Assembly: GCA_038214685.1 (NCBI GenBank)
Contig: JBBQRO010000001.1
Span: 15,729 to 79,728, forward strand
From: Acidimicrobiales bacterium
Lineage (GTDB): Bacteria > Actinomycetota > Acidimicrobiia > Acidimicrobiales > AC-14
Direction of reading: 5' to 3'
Length of the DNA stretch: 64,000 nt
The notes under the pieces: model-generated
Told to the model about the DNA's origin: nothing
Database searches by the model: none
What the model saw: only the letters and a program-made list of their open reading frames with translations
Part shown: positions 28,080-40,191 of the stretch, piece after piece
Layout of the letters: each line of letters begins with the position of its first letter
How positions within the stretch are numbered: the stretch's first letter is position 1
Program-made: the position numbers and the translations under genes

Positions 28080-28636
28080 ACGTCTCGACCAACGACCTGC
28101 GCAACGGCATGGCCCTCGACCTGCCCGAGGGGCTCTTCACGGTGGTCGAGTTCCAGCACGTCAAGCCGGGCAAGGGCGGCGCCTTCGTGCGCACCAAGCT
28201 CAAGAATGTCCGCACCGGGGCGGTGCTCGACCGCACCTACCGCTCCGATGAGAAGCTCGAGCAGGCCGTGATCGACAAGCGGGAGATGCAGTACCTCTAC
28301 CGCGAGAGCGTCCACTACGTGTTCATGGACAACGTGTCCTACGACCAGATGAACGTCGACGAGCCCACCCTGGGCGAGGCCACCAGCTACCTGCGAGAGG
28401 GCGACTCGGCGGTGTTGCAGATCTACAACGACCAGGTGGTGGGGGTGGACCTGCCGGCGTCGGTGGAGCTGAGCGTGGCCGAGACCGAGCCGGGTGTACA
28501 GGGCGACCGGGTGTCCGGTGCCCGTAAGCCGGCCACGCTGGAAACCGGCCTCGTCGTGCAGGTCCCCCTGTTCGTCAACCCCGGTGACCGCATCAAGGTC
28601 GACACCCGCAGCGGCGACTATCTGACGCGTGTCTAG
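28076..28636 (+). CDS. efp: elongation factor P
   Basis: The motif VKPGKGGAFVRTKLKN is present. The start overlaps the upstream stop in a GTGA junction. Confidence 0.95.
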   Translation: MNVSTNDLRNGMALDLPEGLFTVVEFQHVKPGKGGAFVRTKLKNVRTGAVLDRTYRSDEKLEQAVIDKREMQYLYRESVHYVFMDNVSYDQMNVDEPTLGEATSYLREGDSAVLQIYNDQVVGVDLPASVELSVAETEPGVQGDRVSGARKPATLETGLVVQVPLFVNPGDRIKVDTRSGDYLTRV

Positions 28637-28638
28637 GC

Positions 28639-29145
28639 GTGCCTGAGCCGGCGGGGAGCCGCCGCCAGGCCCGGGAGCGGGCCCTGTCACTGCTGTATGA
28701 GGCCGAGAGCAAGGACGTCGCCCCCGCCGCGGTCCTGGCCGCGCTGCCGGTCGAGCCGGACGCATTCGCGGTCGAGGTGGTGACGGGCGTCGGCCTGCAC
28801 ATGGGCGAGCTCGACGGACTCATCACCGGCTACGCCAAGGACTGGACCATCGAGCGGATGCCGGCCCTCGACCGGGCCCTGCTTCGCATGGGCATCTTCG
28901 AGCTGCTGCACCGGCCCGACGTGCCCACGGGGGCGGTCATCTCCGAGGCGGTCGAGCTGGCCCAGCGCTTCTCCACCGACGAGTCGAGCCGTTTCGTGAA
29001 CGGCATGCTGGCCCGCATCGCCGAGGCGGTTCGCCCTTCACAACGTGAACCGGTGGATCCGGAAGCTATCGGTCCCGACCCGGCTGAAGATCACCATGCG
29101 CCGGCCGGCCAGGTGGTCGAGGACGGCCTCCACCAGCAACGGTGA
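28639..29145 (+). CDS. nusB: transcription antitermination factor NusB (with about 30-aa non-conserved C-terminal run-on)
   Basis: Motifs RRQARERALSLLYEAE and FVNGMLARIA are present. The frame has no stop until 29145, so it overlaps the convergent minus-strand gene by 108 nt. Confidence 0.9.
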   Translation: MPEPAGSRRQARERALSLLYEAESKDVAPAAVLAALPVEPDAFAVEVVTGVGLHMGELDGLITGYAKDWTIERMPALDRALLRMGIFELLHRPDVPTGAVISEAVELAQRFSTDESSRFVNGMLARIAEAVRPSQREPVDPEAIGPDPAEDHHAPAGQVVEDGLHQQR

Positions 29146-29484
29146 CTCGCCGAGTTCGGCGCCCAGCGCCAGGGCGACGTTGGGCTCGACGCCGTCGAGC
29201 ACGTCGAGCAGCCGCTCGGTGAGGTCGGCCAGGTCGGCCCGGAACCGGGTGGCGTAGGCCCACACCCCGGACTGGGTCAGGGCCAGCAGCGCCACCTTGT
29301 CGTCGTAGTCCCGCATCTGCACCAGCTTCTGCTCCCGCAGCTCGACCAGTCCGCCGAACCACGCGTCGTGGGTGAGGCCCTGCGCCTCGCAGGCGGCTCT
29401 GACGGCGGCCGAATCGAGCATCTTGTGGCCGGCGGCGAGGGCCTGATCGCCGGCGACACGAAGTACATCGTCAGTGTGCGACAT
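29038..29484 (-). CDS. hypothetical protein (no family recognised; possibly two winged-helix-like repeats)
   Basis: The 148-aa ORF has balanced, non-low-complexity composition, unlike the antisense artefact ORFs. It is divergent from the Uma2-family gene. Confidence 0.55.
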   Translation of the reverse strand: MSHTDDVLRVAGDQALAAGHKMLDSAAVRAACEAQGLTHDAWFGGLVELREQKLVQMRDYDDKVALLALTQSGVWAYATRFRADLADLTERLLDVLDGVEPNVALALGAELGESPLLVEAVLDHLAGRRMVIFSRVGTDSFRIHRFTL

Positions 29485-30043
29485 TGGCTATTCTGGGGAG
29501 GTGGCTCTCAGCCCCACCACGTACCGGTTCACGGTGAAGGACTATCACCGCATGGCCGAGGCTGACATCTTCGATCCCGAGGACCGCGTCGAGCTGCTCG
29601 ACGGGGAGGTGCTCGCGATGTCAGCGATCGGCAGCCGACACGCCGGATGCGTGAATCGACTGAACCACCTCCTCGTCCATGGGGTAGGGGACCGGGCTGT
29701 GGTCGCCGTGCAGAATCCCATTCAGATCGGCGACTTCTCCGAGCCAGAACCCGATCTGGTGCTGCTCCGGCCGAGGCCAGATTTCTACGCCGACAGTCAC
29801 GGCCAACCACGCGACGTGCTTCTCGCCATCGAGGTTGCCGAGTCGTCGCTGGCGTACGACCTGCTGCGCAAGGCGCCGCTGTACGTCGCCGGCGGTGTCA
29901 AGGAGGTCTGGGTGATCGATCTCACGGCGGCGGTGATCCACGTCACGACCTCCGATGGCACCCGCCAGCTCCGGGCCGGGGACTCGCTCGCCCCCCTTGC
30001 GTTCCCCGATCTGGTTCTCGAGGTCTCGGCCATCCTTCCCTGA
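29474..30043 (+). CDS. Uma2 family (DUF820) PD-(D/E)xK-type putative endonuclease
   Basis: Typical features are the YRFTVKDYHRMAE N-terminus, ELLDGEV, EPEPDLVLL, LAIEVAESS and K…VKEVWVIDL. The start could be GTG 29474 or GTG 29501. Confidence 0.8.
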   Translation: MCDIGYSGEVALSPTTYRFTVKDYHRMAEADIFDPEDRVELLDGEVLAMSAIGSRHAGCVNRLNHLLVHGVGDRAVVAVQNPIQIGDFSEPEPDLVLLRPRPDFYADSHGQPRDVLLAIEVAESSLAYDLLRKAPLYVAGGVKEVWVIDLTAAVIHVTTSDGTRQLRAGDSLAPLAFPDLVLEVSAILP

Positions 30044-30065
30044 CGCGATAGTCTCGGAGCGAGCC

Positions 30066-30103
30066 GTTAACGCCGGTCCTGTGAGGCTGGCACGGAAGAG
30101 GAG
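30066..30103 (+). promoter_or_regulatory. PyrR-binding loop in the pyr operon leader RNA
   Basis: The sequence GUUAACGCC-GGUC-CUGUGA-GGCU-GGCACGGAAGAGGAG has the same stem, hexaloop and purine-rich architecture as the Bacillus AGUC-CAGAGA-GGCU binding loop. Confidence 0.7.
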
Positions 30104-30137
30104 CCGACCCCGCATGGCCGAGCGAGAGCGCGCAGCG

Positions 30138-30164
30138 ACGCCCCCGTACGGGGGCGTTTTCTCT
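30138..30164 (+). terminator. intrinsic terminator/attenuator hairpin upstream of pyrR
   Basis: The stem is ACGCCCCCG/CGGGGGCGT (9 bp) and is followed by TTTTCTCT, a T-run that is very atypical for this GC-rich sequence. It ends 16 nt before ATG 30180. Confidence 0.7.
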
Positions 30165-30179
30165 GCCCGCAGCCAGGTG

Positions 30180-30689
30180 ATGGACGCCGAGGACCTGCGC
30201 CGGGCGGTCACCCGCATCGCCCACGAGATCGTCGAGCGCAACCACGGCCTTGACAGCGTGGTGCTCATCGGCCTGCAGACCGGTGGCGTACCCCTCGCCC
30301 GGCGGCTGGCTGAGGCCCTCTCCCGCATCGAGAAGGTGGAGGTCTCCTCGGGCAGCATCGACGTCGCCCTCTTCCGCGACGACATCGGCTTGCGGCCGGT
30401 GCTCCCCGAGGCGGTGACCGACATCCCGTTCGACGTGACCGGCCTGACCGTGGTGCTGGTCGACGACGTGCTGTTCACCGGCCGGACGGTACGGGCCGCC
30501 CTCGACGCCCTCAATGCCTACGGCCGGCCCCGGGCCGTCCAGCTGGCGGTGATGGTCGACCGGGGCCATCGGGAGCTGCCGATCCGCCCCGATTACGTGG
30601 GCAAGAACCTCCCTACCCGGATCGACGAGATCGTCGACGTCCGCGACGACGGCGTCGACGTGGGCGAGAAGCGGCTGAGCGGTCGTTGA
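30180..30689 (+). CDS. pyrR: bifunctional pyr operon regulator/uracil phosphoribosyltransferase PyrR
   Basis: Motifs [16 protein letters not shown] and the PRPP motif [18 protein letters not shown] are present. An alternative in-frame start at ATG 30114 has the SD GGAAGAGGAG and would place the terminator hairpin inside the CDS. Confidence 0.85.
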   Translation: MDAEDLRRAVTRIAHEIVERNHGLDSVVLIGLQTGGVPLARRLAEALSRIEKVEVSSGSIDVALFRDDIGLRPVLPEAVTDIPFDVTGLTVVLVDDVLFTGRTVRAALDALNAYGRPRAVQLAVMVDRGHRELPIRPDYVGKNLPTRIDEIVDVRDDGVDVGEKRLSGR

Positions 30690-31603
30690 AGGACCTTCTT
30701 TCGATCGCCGATCTCGGGGCGGACGGGATTGAAGAGGTCATGCGGGTCACCGACTCTTTCGTGGAGGTGTCGGAGAGGGCGATTCCCCGGGTTCCGGCGC
30801 TGCGGGGCAGGACGGTGGTGTCGCTGTTCTACGAGGAGTCCACGAGGACCCGGCTCTCCTTCGAGATGGCGGCCAAGCGCCTGTCCGCCGACACCATGAA
30901 CTTCTCGGTGTCCACCTCGTCGGCCAAGAAGGGCGAGTCCCTGCGCGACACCTGTCAGACCATCGAAGCCATGGGAATCGACGCCCTCGTCGTGCGCCAC
31001 GGCTCCGCCGGCGTGCCCTGGCAGGTTGCGTCGTGGGTCGGGTGCCCGGTGATCAACGCCGGCGACGGCTGGCACGAGCACCCCACCCAAGCCCTCCTCG
31101 ACTGCTACACGATCCGGAGCCGGCGTGGGTCGATCGAGGGGTTGCGCATCGCCTTGGTGGGCGACGTGAAGCACTCCCGGGTGGCCCGGTCCAACGTCCT
31201 CGCCTTCGCGTTGCTGGGGGCGCAGGTCACTATCGTCGCCCCGCCGACGCTGCTGCCTCCGAGCCTGGCCGGGTGGCCGGTGGAGGTCAGCTTCGATCTC
31301 GACAGCGTGCTCCCGAAGGTCGACGTGGTGTACCTGCTGCGCATGCAGGCCGAGCGCCAGAGCGAGGCGCTGCTTCCGTCGCTGCGCGAGTACACCTCAC
31401 GCTACGGCCTCACCAGGGACCGGGTGGCGATGCTCCTCGACGACGCCATCGTCATGCATCCCGGGCCGATCAACCGGGGCGTCGAGATAGCGGCCGACGT
31501 GGCCGACCTGCCCCGCTCGCTCATCACCCGCCAAGTGGCCAACGGCGTCGCCGTGCGCATGGCGGTCCTTTTCCTGCTTCTTGGATCGGAGCCCCGTGCC
31601 TGA
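30686..31603 (+). CDS. pyrB: aspartate carbamoyltransferase catalytic subunit
   Basis: Motifs [14 protein letters not shown] and [10 protein letters not shown] are present. The start overlaps pyrR in a TTGA junction. Confidence 0.95.
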   Translation: MKDLLSIADLGADGIEEVMRVTDSFVEVSERAIPRVPALRGRTVVSLFYEESTRTRLSFEMAAKRLSADTMNFSVSTSSAKKGESLRDTCQTIEAMGIDALVVRHGSAGVPWQVASWVGCPVINAGDGWHEHPTQALLDCYTIRSRRGSIEGLRIALVGDVKHSRVARSNVLAFALLGAQVTIVAPPTLLPPSLAGWPVEVSFDLDSVLPKVDVVYLLRMQAERQSEALLPSLREYTSRYGLTRDRVAMLLDDAIVMHPGPINRGVEIAADVADLPRSLITRQVANGVAVRMAVLFLLLGSEPRA

Positions 31604-32888
31604 CCCGACCTCGGTGTTGCTCAAAGGCGGGCGGGTGATCGACGCCACTGGGGAGCGCATGGCCGACGTGCTCGTGGCCGGCGGCCGGATCGTGTCGGTA
31701 GGTCCTGATCTCGACGTCCCCGCCGGCGCCACCGTGCTCGACGCCGCGGGCTGCGTCGTGGCGCCCGGCCTGGTCGACCTCCACACCCACCTGCGCCAGC
31801 CGGGCCGGGAGGAGGCGGAGACGGTGGAGACCGGCGCCCGGGCTGCGGCCCTCGGCGGCTACACCGCAGTGGTGGCCATGCCCAACACCGAGCCCGCTCT
31901 CGACAGCGCGGCGGCAGTCCGGGAGGTGCTCGAGCTCGGGCTCGCCGCCATGTGCGACGTGCGGGTCGCCGGCGCCATCACCCACGGCCGGCTCGGCCGG
32001 GAGCTGGCCCCGATGGGCGAGATGGCGGACCTGGGTGTCCGCCTGTTCACCGACGACGGTGACGGCGTGGCGGACGCCGGCCTCATGCGCCGGGCGCTCG
32101 AGTACGCCTCGGCGCTGGGCGTCACCCTGGCCCAGCACTGCGAGGACAAGGTGCTCGCCGCCGGAGGTCACATGAACGAAGGGGAGTGGTCGAGCCGCCT
32201 CGGCGTGCCGGGGCAGCCGGCCGAGGCGGAGGAGGTGATGGTCGGGCGCGACATCGCCCTGGCCCGACTCACCGGCGGCCGCATCCACTTCCTGCACCTG
32301 TCGACGGCCGGATCGGTGGCTGCCGTACGAGCGGCCAGGGCCGAGGGGCTGTCCGTCACCGCCGAAGCCGCGCCCCACCACTTCACCCTCACCGACGCCG
32401 CCGTGGCCGGCTTCGACACGGTCTTCAAGGTGAACCCGCCCCTGCGGACCGCCGCCGACGTGGCCGCGGTCAAGGCCGGCCTGGCCGACGGCACCATCGA
32501 CGCCATCGCCACCGACCACGCCCCCCACGCCGCGGAGGACAAGGAAGTGCCCTTCGACCAGGCCCGCCCCGGCATGCTCGGTCTCGAGACCGCGCTGGCC
32601 CTGGCCCTGACCGAGCTCGACCTGCCCGTGGCGAAGGTGCTGGCGCTGCTCTCCTGGAACCCGGCCCGCATCGCCGGCATCGAGTCGGCCCACGGAGGGC
32701 CGTTGGCCGAGGGCCGGCCGGCAAACCTCTGTGTGTTCGACCCGGCCGCCACCTGGGTCGTCGATCCCGACGCCCTGGCCAGCCGCTCCCGAAACACGCC
32801 CTACGCCGGCCGAAAGCTCACCGGCCGTGTCCGCCACACCGTGCTGCGGGGCGAACCCGTGGTTGTCGACGGACGGGCAGTGCGATGA
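31596..32888 (+). CDS. pyrC: dihydroorotase
   Basis: Motifs [12 protein letters not shown] and ATDHAPH are present. The start could be GTG 31596 or TTG 31581. Confidence 0.93.
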   Translation: MPDPTSVLLKGGRVIDATGERMADVLVAGGRIVSVGPDLDVPAGATVLDAAGCVVAPGLVDLHTHLRQPGREEAETVETGARAAALGGYTAVVAMPNTEPALDSAAAVREVLELGLAAMCDVRVAGAITHGRLGRELAPMGEMADLGVRLFTDDGDGVADAGLMRRALEYASALGVTLAQHCEDKVLAAGGHMNEGEWSSRLGVPGQPAEAEEVMVGRDIALARLTGGRIHFLHLSTAGSVAAVRAARAEGLSVTAEAAPHHFTLTDAAVAGFDTVFKVNPPLRTAADVAAVKAGLADGTIDAIATDHAPHAAEDKEVPFDQARPGMLGLETALALALTELDLPVAKVLALLSWNPARIAGIESAHGGPLAEGRPANLCVFDPAATWVVDPDALASRSRNTPYAGRKLTGRVRHTVLRGEPVVVDGRAVR

Positions 32889-34036
32889 CCCCCGCAGCAA
32901 CTGGTGACGGTTTTACACGCTCTGGCGTGTCGGATCGTCACCAGAACGAGCCGGTGGAGGCCCTCTTGGTGCTGGCCGACGGCACCGTGTTCGAGGGCGA
33001 GGCCATGGGCGCGGACGTGGAAGTGGCCACCGGCGAGGTGGTGTTCAACACCGTCCTCTCCGGCTACCAGGAGGTCATCACCGACCCGTCCTACGCCGGC
33101 CAGGTCATCGCCTTCACCTACCCCCACATTGGCAACTACGGGATCAGCGAGGCCGACTCGGAGAGCGCCCGCCCGTTCTGCCGGGGCGTGATTGTCCGCG
33201 AGCTGGCCCGGCGACCCTCGAACTGGCGCTCCACCGTCGACCTCGCCACCTGGCTGGCCACCCACGGCGTGCCGGGCATCACGGGGATCGACACCCGCCG
33301 CCTCACCCGCCACATCCGGGAGGCGGGCTCGATGCCGTGCGCCTTCGGGACAGCGGAGGAGACCACGCTCAAGGCGGCCGCCGCGGCCGAGCGGGGGACC
33401 GACGGCGTCGACCTGGTGGCGGGCGTGACCACGCCTGTGCGCTACACCGTCGGCGACGGCGCGCTGCGGGTTGTGGCGTTCGATTACGGCATCAAGCGCA
33501 GCATCCTGCGCATCCTCGGCGAGATCGCCACCGTGGAGGTCGTTCCCGCCGACACACCCGCCCACGAGCTGCTCTTCAATCCCCCCGACGGCGTCTTTCT
33601 CTCGAACGGCCCGGGCGACCCGAGCGCGCTCGGGTACGCGGTCGGGCACATCGGCACCATGCTGGGGCAGGTGCCGATCTTCGGGATCTGCCTCGGGCAT
33701 CAGCTGCTGGCCACCGCTCTGGGAGCCGAGACCTACAAGCTGCCCTTCGGCCACCACGGCGGCAACCACCCGGTGAAGCGGCTACGCGACAATGCAGTGG
33801 AGATCACCAGCCAGAACCACAGCTACGCGGTCACGATGGGCTCGGTATCCGACGCCGATGTCACCCACGTGAATCTCAACGACGGGGTCATCGAGGGCAT
33901 CCGGTGCCGCGACCTCCCGGCGTTCAGCGTGCAGTACCACCCCGAGGCGGGGCCCGGCCCCCACGACGCCCGCTACCTGTTCAAGGAGTTCGAGGATCTG
34001 ATGCGTGCGCACAAGGCCGGCGGCGGCCTGTACTGA
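32885..34036 (+). CDS. carA: carbamoyl-phosphate synthase small (glutaminase) subunit
   Basis: The start overlaps pyrC in an ATGA junction. The motif ITDPSYAGQ and the catalytic GICLGHQLL are present. The 616-aa ORF-track extension is rejected. Confidence 0.95.
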   Translation: MTPAATGDGFTRSGVSDRHQNEPVEALLVLADGTVFEGEAMGADVEVATGEVVFNTVLSGYQEVITDPSYAGQVIAFTYPHIGNYGISEADSESARPFCRGVIVRELARRPSNWRSTVDLATWLATHGVPGITGIDTRRLTRHIREAGSMPCAFGTAEETTLKAAAAAERGTDGVDLVAGVTTPVRYTVGDGALRVVAFDYGIKRSILRILGEIATVEVVPADTPAHELLFNPPDGVFLSNGPGDPSALGYAVGHIGTMLGQVPIFGICLGHQLLATALGAETYKLPFGHHGGNHPVKRLRDNAVEITSQNHSYAVTMGSVSDADVTHVNLNDGVIEGIRCRDLPAFSVQYHPEAGPGPHDARYLFKEFEDLMRAHKAGGGLY

Positions 34037-34082
34037 TGTTCTGGTCGCTGCGGTCCTTCTCTTCGCCCCGGTCCTCGCTCTG

Positions 34083-37439
<3,357 letters not shown>

Positions 37440-37468
37440 TTTCGCCTTCGCAGCCGGAGGCTGCTCGG

Positions 37469-37567
37469 CGAGTTGATCGAGCTCGGTCGGCCGGCGGAGC
37501 CGGCTCTCCCTCGCCGTTCCTTTCTGGCCGGCGGCCAGGGAGGCCGCCTGACGTCGGCTTCGGCGGC
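37469..37567 (+). repeat. Family-3 GC-rich structured intergenic element (copy X, carB-pyrD spacer)
   Basis: It shares CGAGTTGATCG.GCTC, GGCCGGCGGAGCCGGC, CCTTTC.GGCCGGC and GGCCGCCT blocks in the same order with 57914-58006. Internal hairpins are GCCGGC-GGA-GCCGGC and GGCGGCC-AGGGA-GGCCGCC. Confidence 0.7.
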
Positions 37568-37605
37568 CGTCGGCGGAGGGTCCTCCCTTGCGGGTAGGCG
37601 TCGAA

Positions 37606-38517
37606 ATGGCGACCGCTGTCGGCTCGGTCCGGCTGGCCAGTCCGGTGATGACCGCGTCGGGCACCGCCGGCCACGGGGCCGAGTTGGCCCGGTACATGGA
37701 TCTGTCGTCGCTGGGGGCGGTAGTGGTGAAGTCGCTGTCGGCCGACGCGTGGGCCGGCAACCCTGCGCCCCGGGTGACCGAGGTCGACGCCGGCATGCTC
37801 AACAGCGTCGGCCTGCAGAACCCCGGCGTCGAGGCCTGGCTGGTCGACGAGCTGCCCGCCCTGATCGCCACCGGCGCCCGGGTGGTGGCCAGCATCTGGG
37901 GGTTCACCGTCGAGGCCTACGAGAGGGCGGCCACCGCCCTGGCCGACGCCCCGCCGGAGGTGGTGGCGGTGGAGGTGAACCTGAGCTGCCCAAACGTCGA
38001 GAGTCGGCGGGCCATGTTCGCCCACTCGCCCGAGCTGACGGCCGAGGCCATCGAGGCCACGGCCAGCTGCAGGCGGCCCCGGTGGGCCAAGCTGAGCCCC
38101 AACGTCACCGACCTGACCGAGATCGCCGCCGCCGCCCTGGGTGCCGGTGCCGAGGCGCTGACCCTGGTCAACACGGTCATGGGCATGGCCATCGACGTCG
38201 AGACCGGACGGCTGCGGTTGGGGGCGGGCGGAGGCGGGCTTTCGGGGCCGGCGATCCGACCGGTGGCGGTGCGCGCCGTGTACGACGTGTGCTCGGCGTT
38301 CCCCGATGCCGCAGTCGTGGGAGTGGGCGGGGTGGCCACTGGGGCCCACGCGGTGGAGCTGCTCATGGCCGGCGCCAGGGCCGTCCAGGTTGGCACCGCC
38401 ACCTTTGCCGACCCTCGCGCCACCGTCCGCATCCGGGGCGAGTTGGAGCGCTGGTGCGGTCGCCATGGCGTGGCGCGGGTCGCCGATCTGGTAGGGAGGG
38501 CACGTGCAAACTCGTGA
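37606..38517 (+). CDS. pyrD: dihydroorotate dehydrogenase, class 1 (Cys active-site base)
   Basis: Motifs SPVMTASGT and EVNLSCPNV are present. The start could be ATG 37606 or TTG 37588. Confidence 0.9.
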   Translation: MATAVGSVRLASPVMTASGTAGHGAELARYMDLSSLGAVVVKSLSADAWAGNPAPRVTEVDAGMLNSVGLQNPGVEAWLVDELPALIATGARVVASIWGFTVEAYERAATALADAPPEVVAVEVNLSCPNVESRRAMFAHSPELTAEAIEATASCRRPRWAKLSPNVTDLTEIAAAALGAGAEALTLVNTVMGMAIDVETGRLRLGAGGGGLSGPAIRPVAVRAVYDVCSAFPDAAVVGVGGVATGAHAVELLMAGARAVQVGTATFADPRATVRIRGELERWCGRHGVARVADLVGRARANS

Positions 38518-39181
38518 TCAGCTGGTGCTGGCCCTCGACGTCGACGATCTGGTGGTGGCCCTGCGCCTGGGTCGCCAGCTCCAACCGTGGTTCGCCACGG
38601 CCAAGGTGGGCCTCGAGCTCTTCAGCGCCGCCGGCCCTGATGCGGTGAGCGCCGTCGCCGACCTCGGCTACGACGTGTTCCTCGACCTGAAGCTCCACGA
38701 CATCCCCACCACCGTGCGCAAGGCGGCCCGGGTCATCGGCGCCCTGGGGGCCACCTACCTCACTCTGCACGCCCGGTCAGGACCGACCATGCTGCGGGCC
38801 GGCGTCGAGGGGCTGAGCGAGGGGGCGGAGGCCGCCGGGCTGCCTCATCCCGTCGCCCTGGCCGTCACCATCCTCACCAGCGACGGCGACGCCCCCGCCC
38901 ACATCCTGGGCCACCGCGTCGCCGCAGCCGTGGAGGCGGGCTGTGGGGGCATGGTGGTGGCCGCCGCCGACGTCCGGGAGGCCAAGCAGCTGGCGCCCCG
39001 GCTGCTGGCCGTCGTGCCCGGCATCCGCATGGTCACGTCGAACGCCCACGATCAGGCCCGCCCGGCCACGCCCACCCAGGCCGTCGGCCTGGGCGCCGAC
39101 CTGCTGGTCATCGGTCGCACCGTCACCGATGCCGCCGACCCGCCGGCCGCCGCCGCAGCCCTGGTCGCATCCCTGGCGTGA
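38504..39181 (+). CDS. pyrF: orotidine 5'-phosphate decarboxylase
   Basis: Motifs LVLALDV and LDLKLHDIPTTV are present. It starts with GTG and overlaps the pyrD end. Confidence 0.93.
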   Translation: MQTRDQLVLALDVDDLVVALRLGRQLQPWFATAKVGLELFSAAGPDAVSAVADLGYDVFLDLKLHDIPTTVRKAARVIGALGATYLTLHARSGPTMLRAGVEGLSEGAEAAGLPHPVALAVTILTSDGDAPAHILGHRVAAAVEAGCGGMVVAAADVREAKQLAPRLLAVVPGIRMVTSNAHDQARPATPTQAVGLGADLLVIGRTVTDAADPPAAAAALVASLA

Positions 39182-39227
39182 GTGTGGGCGATGCGGTGTC
39201 GTCTATGGCCGCGAATCGCCCACACTC
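39180..39227 (+). repeat. Family-2 palindromic element, copy D
   Basis: The sequence is GAGTGTGGGCGATGCGGTGTCG…GCGAATCGCCCACACTC. It begins within the pyrF stop codon. Confidence 0.85.
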
Positions 39228-39263
39228 GGTTGCCCCCGGAGGGCGTGCGCTATCGTGCGCGCC

Positions 39264-39587
39264 ATGCCGCTACCGCCCGCGCTGACGCCCGACGAGCGTT
39301 CGGCGGCGCTCGCCAAGGCCGCTGCCGCCCGTCGCCAGCGGGCCGAGCTGAAAGAGAAGCTCAAGATGGGCTCGACCACCCTCAAGGAGCTGCTCGACCA
39401 GGCCGATCGTGACGAGGTGGTGGGCAAGATGAAGGTGGTCACCGTGCTCGAGTCGTTGCCCGGCGTGGGCAAGGTCCGGGCCCGGCGGATGATGGAGGAG
39501 AAGAAGATCAGCGAGGCCCGGCGGGTCCGGGGCCTGGGCGCCCAGCAGCGCGGCGCGCTGCTCAAGGCGTTCCCCGCCGACTCGTAG
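39264..39587 (+). CDS. mihF: integration host factor, actinobacterial type (mIHF)
   Basis: The sequence LTPDERSAALAKAAAARRQRAELKEKLK…VGKMKV…LESLPGVGKVRA…RGLG closely resembles mycobacterial mIHF, and the gene lies upstream of gmk. Confidence 0.93.
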   Translation: MPLPPALTPDERSAALAKAAAARRQRAELKEKLKMGSTTLKELLDQADRDEVVGKMKVVTVLESLPGVGKVRARRMMEEKKISEARRVRGLGAQQRGALLKAFPADS

Positions 39588-39626
39588 TCGGCGGAGGGCC
39601 GCCATGAAGCCCAGCGAAGTACCCTT

Positions 39627-40169
39627 CTGAGCGGGCAGATCTTCGTCATCGCCGGCCCCTCCGGCGTGGGCAAGGGGTCGATTGCGTCAGCCCTCCGGCG
39701 GCGGCTTCCCGACGTGTGGCTCAGCCGCTCCTGGACCACCCGCCCCGTGCGGGATGCCGAATCGCCCGACGCCTACGTGTTCGTCGACCGGGCCGCCTTC
39801 GATGCCCATGTGGCCGGCGGGGGCTTCCTGGAGTGGGCCGAAGTCTTCGGGCACTGCTACGGGACACCCTGGCCCGAGCCTCCCGCCGGCCACGACGTGC
39901 TCCTGGAGATCGACGTTCAGGGGGCGGGCCAGGTGCAGGCCCGGCATCCCGAGGCCGTGGTTGTGTTCATCGAGGCCCCGTCGCGTGAGGCCCAGGAGCA
40001 GCGCCTGCGGGGGCGGGGCGACGCGGAGGAGATCATCGCCCGACGGCTGGCCGCGGCCCCGGAGGAGGAGCGGGCCGGACGGGCCTTGGCCGACCACGTG
40101 GTGGTGAACGACGACCTGGGCCTGGCCATCGAGGAGGTCGCTGCTATCCTGGAGTCCCGCCGCCAGTAG
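39627..40169 (+). CDS. gmk: guanylate kinase (start codon non-canonical or frame-shifted; CTG 39627 proposed)
   Basis: The P-loop IAGPSGVGKGS is encoded at 39648-39680. The first ATG/GTG/TTG in frame (GTG 39666) would cut the P-loop. The only in-frame candidates upstream are CTG 39627 and ATC 39639. Confidence 0.85.
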   Translation: MSGQIFVIAGPSGVGKGSIASALRRRLPDVWLSRSWTTRPVRDAESPDAYVFVDRAAFDAHVAGGGFLEWAEVFGHCYGTPWPEPPAGHDVLLEIDVQGAGQVQARHPEAVVVFIEAPSREAQEQRLRGRGDAEEIIARRLAAAPEEERAGRALADHVVVNDDLGLAIEEVAAILESRRQ

Positions 40170-40191
40170 GCAGTTTCCCCAGTGAGGACCC

